Source: Somniosus microcephalus
Lineage: Eukaryota
NCBI GenBank assembly: GCA_052327205.1
Contig: CM126224.1
Coordinates: forward strand, 28,954,001-29,018,000
Length of the DNA stretch: 64,000 bases
Direction of reading: 5' to 3'
Shown here: piece after piece, positions 1-12,179 of the stretch
How the letters are laid out: the number at the start of each line of letters is the position of its first letter
How positions within the stretch are numbered: position 1 is the first letter of the stretch
Position numbers and translations under genes: made by a program
The notes under the pieces: generated by a model
Database searches by the model: none
What the model saw: only the letters and a program-made list of their open reading frames with translations
Told to the model about the DNA's origin: nothing

Positions 1-163
1 TTTACTCCATCAAAACCCTTGATTAATGTTTTGAAAAGAGAAGAACGTTCCACATATATTGAGGAAAAATGAGCAGCTTGAACCCCCAAAATACAGCAAG
101 TTTAAGTAATGAAGTTATATTAATGACATTAAAATAAAACCCAATATTAAAGATCACAAAGGG

Positions 164-1125
164 CAACAACAACTTGCTTTAATATAGTAAGCATCCCAAG
201 ACCCTTCACAGAGGACAAACGAACACTGAGCAGTATTGGGGAAATGACCAAAAGTATAGTCAAAGTGGAGGTTTTGAGGAGGTGCTTTAATGTGAAGAGA
301 AATTTAGCAAAATAGGGGGCTTTAGGTAGGGAGTAGGGCCAAGTCAGCTAAGGCCCTGCCAATAATAATGGCTCATAGGGAGGAGGCAATATAGAGGCAG
401 AACAGTCGGAAGACTGAAAGACACAGGCTGGACGAAAGAATTGGATGAAATTGCAGAAGTAGGATGGGTGAGGCCATGGATGGGTTTGTAAACAAATTCA
501 GTGTGTTGGAGGACGGAAAGCCAGTGAAGATTGGTGAGGAAGGGGGTAATAGGAGGCCAAGATGCAGTTTACAATGAGTTGGAGTTTATGTAGGGTGACG
601 CCCAGGAGGCCAGTGAGGAGAATGTTGGAGAAGTTAAGTAATGAAAGCAGGAATAAGGATTTTAGGAGTGGTGGGTTGAGGTGAAACCACTTGAGAAGTG
701 GAAGTAAGTCACCTTGGTTTTCGATAGGGTAAGGGGTTTGAAGCTCGGCTGAAGGTCAAACAGGGCACCAAGGTTGTACACCGCCGGATTCGGCATGAGC
801 GATCAGCCTAGATGGGGCTACAGCTGGGGGGTTTGGCAGGAGCTGAACAAAATAGCTTTGATTTTTGCCAATGTTAAGTTGGAGAAAGTTCTGGCTCATC
901 CATAACCTCATGTCTGACGATAAATCTGGCAGCAAGTTGGTCAGGAGATTGAGCATAGTTACAGACAGATAGAGCTGGGTGTTAAAGGCGTACATGTGGA
1001 AGCTGATCCAGTGGCTACAGATAATGTCGTCAAAGGGCAATGCGTGAATGAAGAAAAGGAATGGGCAACAAATGGAACCTTGTGGTACTCCTAAGATGAC
1101 CATGAAGGTGAGGGAGAAATGACCA
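164..1125 (-). mobile_element. Old L2-clade LINE, 3' part (RT C-terminus and tail)
   Basis: ORF 756-1103 has GVPQGS...ISFHMYAxxTQLYLS...WMSQNFLQLN (L2 RT); caacaacaacttgc tail at the left end, also seen at 42048. Confidence 0.85.
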
Positions 1126-2095
1126 GTATTCAGTGCTCACCCACAGAACTTTCTCTGTGCAGCATGACATTTCAGTTGAAATTATCACAGAGAATGTTCA
1201 CAGTTGCCAATACACATTTAATAAAATAATATTTTATGAATTCACTGAAAATGGTGGTGGTATTTACTGATTGTAGTTTAATTGCTTAAAGTTTCAGAGT
1301 GATGGTTAACTTCGGAAAAAATTAAAGCAGGCAATAAAAGATGCAGCAAGATTAAAATCAGTCACACCTCAATCGGAACACTGATTTTGCTAATGTGTTG
1401 AAGTTAACAGACTGCAAGGTTTAAAATGTTAACTATAAAAGGGAACTGATCATATCAGAGGTGAACTGCTTTGCAATTTATGAATTCCCAGAGATTGTTG
1501 TGGAGATGGTGACTGTCATACTGATTAGATATTTCTGGTTGACAATGTTACATGAGAAGATGTTTGTTAACCCAGTGACAGTGTATGTAAATGATGAGGT
1601 TACATTTTGCTGAGTTTATAATAATAAACTCGGCAGAAAATAGTATGCGGTATATTTTCTACTTAGCACAAAGTCACTTCTGACTTACGATTGAATGCCC
1701 CTAGTTTTTGCCATTCTGTTTTTAAATAAACAGAATGTGATGGCACAGTTGAGTCCTGAGATCTAACGATAGAAGTATGGTCATCATTTCCTTAATTTTA
1801 GTTCTGTTCTCTTAATAAGAGGGTGTGAACACTCCCCCGCTGAGGCTGCCTGAACCCTGTTAGAATGCACAGACATACACTGCTGCAGTAATTGTTGGGT
1901 TCTTTTGTATTACTCACCTGTATTATATTCTAGAAGTTGATCTGTAAACACCATTTAGTTTTTTCTAGAAGTCCTCACTTATCATTCCTTGCAAAAATGA
2001 GTTCTAAAAATACTACAAAATGTCATGCCAAGCATGGCCCAATTAACTTTGGTAATAAGATTCCATGGTAATGAATATCACTTCAACCACTATAT

Positions 2096-2455
2096 TGTGG
2101 CGGAGCCACCAAGGGTCTCGGAGCAATTGGTAATAATCCCTTTAACTACAGTATAGTGCAACCACGGACTGCACCTTTAAACTGCCTGTTAACTCTACTG
2201 TATTGTGTTTTCCTGCACTCCACGTGATGACGTCATGACGCTGCTCACGTGACCACCAGTGGCGCGAAGAACGTGATGACGTCATGACGTTAGCTTCCAG
2301 AATCTTCCAGTAGTCGTCGAGTGCCCAGCAAGCTGTATAGACCTGTATACCATTTCTCCTGTAGTTTCCCTGCTAACTTCGTTGTTCATTTAAAACCTGT
2401 TGATTTGATTCATCGAGTCGAATACTTTATTCAGCTAGGGACCTCCGTTCCTACA
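2096..2455. mobile_element. Solo LTR (360 bp, probably Gypsy-type)
   Basis: TGTGG...CTACA termini; 4-bp target duplication ATAT at 2092-2095 and 2456-2459; CpG-rich against an AT-rich background. Confidence 0.75.
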
Positions 2456-3086
2456 ATATCTGTAAATTGAAGATTCAATTGAAGGAGCACTTTCAACCCA
2501 GATTCTTGCCTTATACAGAAAAGTTGACTTGGTAACATGATTTCATTTTTCTTGCCGTATTCTGGATATGTCACGAAATATATGAACAGAACTGTACCCT
2601 CCTCACCACGGGTTACTTGGAGTTCAGCATTCTTACAGGTTGGGGAACATTCCAGAAAGACGGGAAGGGTAAGGAGGGTGACCTATATTTAGACTAATTT
2701 TATTCACATTTATTGCAACTTGGCAGCATCTCTAGCATGCAAAAGAAAGACAGGATTCACCTAAATCTGTTTTTGCATTACATTCAAAATTCCCAGTACG
2801 TAAAATTTGGAAAGTAGCTGAGTAAACTTCATCCCTCAACTTTTGAATGTTACGTTTCTCTTATTAAGTCAGAATTGCAATTCAGCCTCAAAATTCTGAA
2901 AGCACGTGTAGGTATTCTCAATGTCTTGGGAAATTTAGGAGATTGATCCGACCCTACTGTACACCATTCCATCAAGATGAAGGCACATGTGCCTGTCCCT
3001 TAGCAAAGCTGTCTGTGATGTGAGACTCTTGAGTATATACAGTAGTATTGTCTTCACCAGGAAATTACATGGCTCTTGTAAACTGA

Positions 3087-5390
3087 GATGGATGCATCTG
3101 TCCATGACAGTATTGGTAACAGTGACCACCGCACAGTCATTGTGGAGATGAAGTCCCGTCTTCACACTGAGGACACCCTCCATCGTGTTGTGTGGCACTA
3201 CCACCATGTTAAATGGGATAGATTCAGAACAGATCTAGCAGCTCAAAACTGGGCATCTTTGAGGCGCTGTAGGTCATCAGCAGCAGCAGAATTGTATTCC
3301 ACCACAATCTGTAACCTCATGGCCCGGCATATCCCTCATTCTACCATTACCATCAAGCCAGGGGACCAACCCTGGTTCAATAAGGAGTGTCGTAGAGCAT
3401 GCCAGGAGCAGCACCAGGCGTACCTAAAAATGAGATGCCAACCTGGGGAAGCTGCAACACAGGACTACATGCATGCTAAAAAACAGAAGCAGCATGCTAT
3501 AGACAGAGCTAAGCAATCCCACAATCAATGGATCAGATCAAAGCTCTGCAGTCCTGCCACATCCAATCGTGAATGGTGGTGGACCATTAAACAACTAACG
3601 GGAGGAGGAGGCTCCAAGAATATCCCCATCCTCAATGATGGTGGAGCCCAGCACGTGAGTGCAAAAGACAAATCTGAAGTGTTTGCAACCATCTTCAGCC
3701 AGAAGTGCCGAGTGGATGATCCATATCGGCCTCCTCCTGAGGTCCCCACCACCACAGAAACCAGTCTTCAGCCAATTCGATTAACTCCACGTGATATTAA
3801 GAAATGGCTGAGCGCACTGGGTACAGCAAAGGCTATGGGCCCCGACAACATCCCGGCTGTCGTGCTGAAGACTTGTGCTCCAGAACTAGCCGCGCCTCTA
3901 GCCAAGCTGTTCCAGTACAGCTATAATATTGGCATCTATCCGGCAATGTGGAAAACTGCCCAGGTATGTCCTGTCCACAAAAAGCAGGACAAATCCAATC
4001 CGGCTAATTACCACCCCATCAGTCTACTCTCAATCATCAGCAAAGTGATGGAAGGTGTCGTCGACAGTGCTATCAAACAGCACTTACTCACCACTAACCT
4101 GCTCACTGGTGCCCAGTTTGGGTTCCGCCAGGACCACTCGGCTCCAGACCTCATTACATTAGCCTTGGTCCAAACATGGACAAAAGAGCTGAATTCCAGA
4201 GGTGAGGTGACAATAACTGCCCTTGACATCAAGGCAGCATTTGACCAAGTATGGCATCAAGGAGCCCTAGTAAAACTGAAGTCAATGGGAGTCGGGGGAG
4301 GAAAACTCTCCAGTGGCTGGAGTCATACCTAGCACAAAGGAAGATGGTTGTGGTGGTTGGAGGTCAATCATCACAGTCCCAGGACATCGCTGCAGGAGTT
4401 CCTCAGGGCAGTGTCCTGGGCCCAACCATCTTCAGCTGCTTCATCAATGACCTTCCCTCCATCATAAGGTCAGAAGTGGGGATGTTCGCTGATGACTGCA
4501 CAGTGTTCAGTGCCATTCAGAACTCCTCAGATAATGAAGCAGTCCATGCCCGCATGCAGCAAGACCTGGATGACATTCAGGTTTGGGCTGATGTGTGGCG
4601 CGAATGCTACCTGCCACTTAAGTGCCAGGCAATGACTATCACCAACAAGCGAGCGTCTAACCTCTGCCACTTGACAAACAACGCATTACCATTGCCGAAT
4701 CCCCCACCATCAATATGCTGAGGGATATCATTGACCAGAAACTTAACTGGACCAGCCACATAACTACTGTGGCAACAAGAGCAGGTCAGAGGCTAGGTAT
4801 TCTACGGTGAGTTTCTCACCTCCTGACTCCCCAAAGCCTTTCCACCATCTACAAGGCACAAGTCAGGAGTGTGATGGAATACTCTCCACTTGCCTGGATG
4901 AGTGTAGCTCCAACAACACTCAAGAAGCTCAACACCATCCAAGACAAAGCAGCCCGTTTGATTGGCACCCCATCCACCACCTTAAACATTCACTCCCTCC
5001 ACCACCAGCATACCGTGGCTACAGTGTGTACCATCTACAAGATGCACTGCAGCAACTCGCCAAGGCTTCTTCGGCAGCACCTCCCAAACACGTGACCTCT
5101 ACCACCTGGAAGGACAAGGACAGCGGGCGCATGGGAACACCACCACCTCCAAGTTCCCCTCCAAGTCACACACCATCCTGACTTGGAAATATATCACCGT
5201 TCCTTCATCTGCGCTGGGTCAAAATCCTGGATCTCCCTCCCTAACAGCACTGTGTGAGTACCTTCACCACACGGACTGTAGCGGTTCAAGAAGGCGGCTC
5301 ACCACTACCTTCTCAAGGGCAGCTAGGGATGGGCAATAAATGCTGGCCTTGCCAGCGACGCCCACATCCCATGAACGAATATTAAAAAAA
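3087..5390 (+). mobile_element. 5'-truncated CR1-group (Zenon-like) LINE; ORF2 endonuclease end plus RT, frameshifted
   Basis: ORFs 3088-4332, 4251-4721 and 4871-5095: SDH endonuclease motif, KAMGPDNIP, NYHPISLL, QFGFR, LDIKAAFD, GVPQGSVLGP, FADD; 3' UTR ends AATAAA...A-rich tail. Confidence 0.93.
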
Positions 5391-6748
5391 TGTACTGTTG
5401 AGGTGTCAGCAGCTTTACTATTCTTCCTCCTAGAAGATGGTTTTGTTTAAAGGCTAATGTAACCTTTTTAAACTTTTGAAATAAAGCTATTCAGTTACTC
5501 AAGTAAATTCTTGTTGTAATGTGCTATGGTTTTACTTTTACATTTTCCGAATATTGGTTTACTCATACAACACACTAATTGAGGGTGGTCCACAGCCATC
5601 CTTGCAGATCTCACCCTTGTGTGAGGCCCTTGCTTACCAAAATTTATAAATGTATGCTGACTCTTTGTGCTCATCACAGTGAGGCGTATCAGTGGTTTCC
5701 ACTTCTGGAACCTGTGTAATCAACAAGTGCTTCAATTTCAAATACAGCATGGTCCTGAGAAGAACTGGGTTTTTGCATATGTCTCTCTTTGAAGCACTTT
5801 AGGGTGTTTTTCAATGTTAATGGCACTACATAAATGCAGGTTATTGTTACATATTAAGAAGCTCAGCTAGGCTGAAGCGATGCTGCTTCACAGGACAAAA
5901 TTTAGGGCCACACATAGGAGCATCTCTTGAGTGTCTATTTCGTTTCCAGGTGCCATTTCTGTTTTATGCAACCTGCATTAAAGCTGTAGAAATTTCCAAG
6001 AGAGAGTAGAGAAGAGAAAAGTTAAGAAAATCAGTCACCCAATATATGTAATGTGCACCACAGCCCATCCAAACCTGGGGTAAGACATCAATGAAGATGA
6101 TCGGGGGAGAGGAGGCATAAGATACTGCATGCTTCATAAGGTGCTACAGAAGTAGTAACTATTTAAAATAATAGTAGGAATGTTCTTAATATTGGTTCAT
6201 ATCCATATGTTGGTATAAACCAAATGCAAAATGGGTAACTGAATACCCATTCATAAAGGAATATCTTCAAAATATGCTTCAAAGGTTGAGTAATGTTCTG
6301 GGTATTTAATTGATTATCTTGTAGCTGGCTTTTATCTGTCCCCTGAAATAAATCATTTCCATCATTAGATTGTATACTCCAGTGGTGCAGGTAAGCCTGA
6401 GGGTGTTGCCTCAGGTAATGTGGAGGACATTGCAGAAATTAACTCCAAATTCTCTAGTTGAACCTCAAAGTATGACTTTGTCTATTTGAAGACTATGTGG
6501 ACAGGATAAAATTCATGAGAACTTGATATAAACAGCAACATTTGAAAATGTGGCTCATTTTCTGTGCAGCCCTGATTTTGAATTCAAGAATGCATATCCA
6601 AAAATTAATTATAAGGAACATCCAGAGTTTCTCTCGGCCACCCTTGAGTTGTATGATTGAAGCTCTGTGGTGTATTTGTTGCCTAGTTTCTGTTTAATGG
6701 CCCAGTGAACTCCAGCACTGTACATTATAATCTTGTCATTGTTTCCAG

Positions 6749-6850
6749 GAGGAGCCCATAACTTTCAGTGAAGATGTTTTTGTTTCACACCGCTCCAGTG
6801 CCATGAGGCAGTTCCTGCAGAATGCCATTCAACTGCAGCTCTTCAAACAG
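6749..6850 (+). CDS. DENND1A: DENND1A coding exon (102 nt, phase 0/0): EEPITFSEDVFVSHRSSAMRQFLQNAIQLQLFKQ (dDENN region)
   Basis: ttgtttccag acceptor and gtaaga donor; translation matches recalled vertebrate DENND1A '...AMRQFLQNATQLQLFKQ'. Confidence 0.96.
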
Positions 6851-8623
6851 GTAAGAGATTAATGTTCGCTTTTGGGATGGTTGGCAGCGCAGGTCGCCCC
6901 ATTGTATTGAAAACTCGAATGCTAGTTGAACCACAATGGGGTCATTTTTCACTGAGATTGACTAAAAGTAAATTATTCTTCCCATGAAATTCCAACAGTT
7001 AACACTGGCTTAAAAGCAACCAAAAAGAAGTTAGGAAGAATGACAAAATTGTAGAATATAGATTAGAATATTTCCTACCTAAATTGAATATTCAATTATA
7101 GATTTTAAGAAAGCCTCACTTTATGTGGAGAGTGAGATTTGTTTGTAAGCTGAGTTCTAGCTATATGAGCTGGAAAGTTATTTGCAGCAATCACCTCTGC
7201 TTGTGAACAGCTGCACAATGTTGGTGGTTTCGCAAGCTGCATAGAAATTTTCCAGATTTCTTCCCGAAAAACAGGCTTTTGCTTTAATGCACTCATATTG
7301 GAGGTGATGATTTTTTAATGAGATCAGCTTCCTATAGTTTTTGCTTCAGCGATGAAATTAGGTGAGCCCCTGGTGCTGCGGTGGATTGGCTGTCATCATT
7401 ATGGACCAAGAGTTTAACACTTTCCTTGGAAGCTACATCTTCGAGTGGAATAACATTTGTGCACAGGCTCATTTTGATGACCTGGGAAATGAATTTGATT
7501 GCTACCTCAGTACAGTCCCATTTTACTTGAGGAATGACGAGAGAAAGGAGAACTACACAAATGAGCATAACTCCATTATTTTAATTCATTATTGAGCATT
7601 ATTAATTTAGTCATTTAGGAAACATTCAGATTATAAAAATTTTAGCCAACTTTCTAGCACAAGAAATGCTTGGACTAGAATTCCCTGCTGAGTACTCCGC
7701 CAACATGGTCTAAAAACATGGGGCAATGTTTTCTTCACAAACCTCCGTGGACTAACTGCATGTGATTCCTACTATGAGCCACATTATTCAGCTGTACATA
7801 AATAATGCCCATTGTTATTTTGGTGATGTTTTAGTGTACAGATAGTTATCTTGTGTGTCTAGCTGCTCTCTAATATTTGAATTCTATTCATCTTTGCCAC
7901 AAAGAGAACTTAATTTACAATTTTCAACACTCCTACAGATAGGTACATTTCATCTTTGTCATAGTAGCCATTTGGGTTTTTTTTTGCATCCCAGGAAATT
8001 ACTGTTGAGGCACAGCTTTTAGGTTCTCCAAAAAATTCTCATCCACAGAGGTATAAAGTAACTAAGTCCATATCGCTGATTTATGTAAGGCAAATGAAAC
8101 GACTATCCGTGTTTTAGAAAAGTGCTTTGCAACACTTTCCCTTCCTGTCACATGCAGTTCACAACCACAATGTAAGATACTCAAGTAAATTAAAACAACT
8201 GAAATACAATACCTGTGGTTTATATTCTATTTGCACCTTATGACATTATGAGCCCCTTGATTGTATTAGACTTTTTTAGTACTTGCCAGCTATTTCTTAT
8301 TTAGTGTTCAGATTTCTGATGATATCAATGGCTAGGCATAATGAATTTGGGGCTTTCATTCAATAAAGAACGCTCACTTCGTAAATTCCATCTCTTCGAC
8401 CATGTACGTTAAAGCTACAAACAGAAGTGTAAAGTTTGGTGCAGTAGTGTATTCTTCACTTTTGTCTGATTTACGGATTCTTTTAATTAGTTCAAGCTCA
8501 TTAATGGTGTTTTGACAGGACAAAAATTGTATTTCAAATGCTGTGCTTCATCTAGTATCCTGCTTTATGAGAGTGTCACACATTTGAACTGTTGTTTCCT
8601 CAAAAAATTGTTTTATTTTACAG

Positions 8624-8714
8624 TTCATTGATGGTCGACTCGATCTCTTGAATTCTGGGGAAGGATTTAGTGATGTATTTGAAGAGGAGATAAACAATGG
8701 GGAATATGCAGGCG
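8624..8714 (+). CDS. DENND1A: DENND1A coding exon (91 nt, phase 0/1): FIDGRLDLLNSGEGFSDVFEEEINNGEYAG+G
   Basis: ttttattttacag acceptor and gtaagg donor; FIDGRLDLLNSGEGFSDVFEEEI is DENND1A-type (DENND1B has RLAKLNAGRG); contains the FSDVF clathrin-adaptor-type motif. Confidence 0.96.
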
Positions 8715-9878
8715 GTAAGGCCTTACTGAGCACACTTCACTATAGTGAAGCTGGAGAAGGTTATTTACTGATATTTAGGGCTCAAAGTTAAGGGACACTT
8801 GACAACTAATTGTCCTTGACTCAAGCAGAACACACTATAAACCTGAAAAACAAAATTGAGCTTGTACTACAGACACTTTTGAATGATGATGGTTCTTATT
8901 TTGATTAACTTACATTTGATACTGCAGTTGCACCCTGTGTGGTGGTGATGTGTCCTATGGGCATAGTGTAGGTCTGCTTATAATTGTGAGTCTCCTGTGA
9001 GGTGAAAATTCTCATTTTTATTGAGATATAAATGATCTTTCTTGATGGGGACTATGAGCTTGCGCTCACAGTCAATCAAATAAAAAATGCTTTCTTTTTG
9101 TAATGGAAGCAACGCAATGTGAAAAAACAGCGGTCCACGCAATCATTTGGGGATTTATCGGTTGCTTTTAGTGTATTTCAGAAGTGTGCCACGAACATCT
9201 GATAAAAGAAATGCCGCAATGGCTTTTAAAAAATATTCTTGTATTAAATGCATCCCTGTGATGTCTATTTAAAAAATAAATCATAAAATGGAGACTTTTC
9301 TTGAGGCTCAGGCATTGAAACATGGGAGGCAAGGCTCAGCAACAGAATGTTGTGTTTCTAGCCTGAGCCGCAAACACCATCTGTGATCAGGAGGCCACCT
9401 CTGAAAACTCTCCGAAACATTTTTCTTAAATAAAAAGTCTCGAGTGCATTTTTGAAATGTATACTTGGGGATAACACACCATGGGCCTCATTCTCGAGCA
9501 TTCTGTATCATCTTAGTCTCCATAAAAATGACATTTAATGTTTACATCCTTTGAATTTGTAAAAGAAGGGACTTCTAATTTAATTATTTGATTAACATCT
9601 CTATGATGCAGAACTGGAACTTATAATGAAAACTTCTTTTAATTTAAATTAAAATTTGTTATCCAATTCTAGGTTACCACAGCCATTATTGACTAAGGAT
9701 GATGAAATTAGTATTTATGATACCAGCATCGAAGAATTGCAGCCATGTTCTATCACACTATATATTCCACTTTTGGGGCACTACACTTATGATTCTGAAG
9801 TTTTTTGTAAAGCATTTTAATTGCAAATTGGTCCTGCAAAAGCAAAAGCAAATTTTAAAGGATTTTTAAGGTTATATG

Positions 9879-9920
9879 AAATATATATATTTATATATAA
9901 AATATATATATCTATATCTC

Positions 9921-9954
<34 letters not shown>
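9879..9954. repeat. Imperfect (TA)n microsatellite
   Basis: Direct reading of the TA dinucleotide run. Confidence 0.9.
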
Positions 9955-9955
<1 letters not shown>

Positions 9956-11524
9956 GACTAGTCAGTAATCAAAGTGTGACTACTGTGGCAAATGTCTCTC
10001 TCAATTTTGCCTCTTCTCTTTAAAGGACTGGTGTGAAAAAAACATTTACAGACAGTTTTCAAGCTCTTAAAGGGTGACGTGTTTATGGACACTTAGTCAT
10101 TTCATGCTTCTGAAAGCAAAAATCCAATTTACACTTAGACTAAGGTTAACTTCTATTTAATGCAGATCTATTTAAAAGCCAAAAAAGCCTTTACACCTGA
10201 ATTTTGAAACACTATGTATTAACTTTGGGCAGGATGAATTTGTTCATATGCATTATTTAACAATGTATGTCGGCTTGACGTCAGATGAAATTTTGGCACA
10301 AGGGGTTTCTCTCCGCTCCCTCTGACCCTTCAAATAGCGGTGGATCTTGCTGCGATGTTAAATGAAGTACATTTAGAAGCACGCAACTAATTATTTAAAT
10401 CTTAAACTTTAAAAGACCATACATCAAAAGTGTCGCTACCTTACCAAGAATAAAAAAACAGACCACTCTAGTCTTGGCTGTTGTACATTTTAATCCTTTC
10501 ATTATTGTTTTAATCTGTCCTTTTTATCCTCCCTTTAATCCTTCCAGCTGGGATGTTATTGTGCTCCGTGCATACAGAACTAAACTTTCTACATTGGGTG
10601 ACACTCTTATTGTAATTAAATTACTTCTTCTAAGGCTGAAGGTGAATCGTACTCTAGTAGTAGAAAAGTAACGTAGACCTAGTGAAATCGCTAACTTTTA
10701 GAAAGTCTATATTGAGTGGAAAATCTAAATATCACACCAAGGTTGTTGATGAACCGATGAGAAAAGAGACAGGAAAAGCAATTACTGCTGTGATAGAGAG
10801 AAGGAAAATGCTGCGAAGCAAAGCTGTACAGAGACAAAGAGGAAACATTTACAAATAGCCCGAGTGCAGGTTCAGAACAGGGTCAACAAAATTAAAATAA
10901 CAGGAGAAAAAGTGACTAGAACAGAACAAAATTTTTAAAAGGACAGAAATGAAAGCAGAACGTTCAAATGAATAGAACAAAGAATGAAACAGCACATGGC
11001 ATGTGCAAGAACGAAACCCATGATCAAAATGGAAGAGATAAGACACCTTTAATGATTTTCTTCACATCATTTTAAAATTATAAATTTTCTATGATTTCGT
11101 ATTATGTGAAAATATTAAGATTTAATTTCAATATTCGAGTTTTAGAATTAGCTCATTTTGGAATTATCTTGTCAGAGTTGTGTCGGAAAGTGATATTAGT
11201 ACGTATTTGACTGTCCCAATATGTTGATTGGTGTATGCACTTAGTATTTTTATGCACAGCACAGCAGCAGTTATTTCTTGTCACAGACTGGAATATTGGT
11301 TTCAGCATGAATATGATTAAATCATAATCCTTTTGTAAAAAAAGGATGAAAGACAAAAAAAATTGTGAAAGCAAAAGGACAGTCTGAAAATAGGGTGTAT
11401 GTGTGAACAGTACAGTAATAAGATAGACAGGAACTGTCTGACAATAGAGTGTACGAGTGAAAAGGGCATTAATACAATGAAAGAGGAAAGAGGTATGTGA
11501 ACAGAATCGAGAGCAGGATATTTT

Positions 11525-12179
11525 GGGTCTGAATTTGCGGTCGGAGGCTTCCCGCGGGCGGATGCCTCTGACCGCAAAAAATCTACGAACCTACCTGATG
11601 GTCTTGGATCCACGGAGACTCGCGCTCCTGGGCCCCTCTGCGTAGACATGCGTGGAGACCCACGTATCCCAGGGGCGCGTGCGGTTCGCAAACGCCCCTG
11701 GGATCACGTGGGCTGGCCCAACGAATGAAAGAAGGGAATCCCCATTCATGCTTAAGGAATACCCCAAAAAATACATGTACACACCAAATAAATAAATAAA
11801 GAATTGCATATTTAAAATGAATTAAAATGCCATTTAATTAAATATTTAAAACAAAAAATTTACTTTTTGAAAAATAAATTTAAGTGTTTTAAAGGGGCTA
11901 AGAATAACCTTACCTTATTTTACAGGTTTTGTAATGTTTAAATGATTGGAAAAAAATTATTTTTATGTTCATTTAAACTCTTACGCTGGTAAAAGAAGGC
12001 CTTATGTCTGCTTTTACCAGGCGTAAGAATTTCACGGGCATTTGCTGGGAATAGCCCAACTCTCCACCCGAGGATGTCCATTTCCCGGGGATGGCTACGA
12101 TCTGCCAAGAAGATTCCGCAAAAACCCGCAACTTGCGCTGCCCTTAGTACGTACCCATAAGGGCTGCAAAATATGGGCC
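11525..12179. mobile_element. Non-autonomous Harbinger-like element (MITE)
   Basis: Imperfect terminal inverted repeats GGGTCTGAATTTGCGG / CTGCAAAATATGGGCC; GC/CpG-rich ends with AT-rich middle; TSD not clean. Confidence 0.65.

Noticed and set aside
1591-1683. Possible C/D box snoRNA (ATGATGA ... CTGA)
   Set aside because: The terminal stem does not fit K-turn register and I recognise no rRNA/snRNA guide
7362-7595. 77-aa ORF with plausible composition
   Set aside because: GTG start, no recognisable homology, no fitting splice sites; DENND1A exons on either side join without it
10005-10075. Pyrimidine tract plus AG as an extra exon
   Set aside because: Gives an immediate stop in the required phase and has only weak donors; indistinguishable from chance
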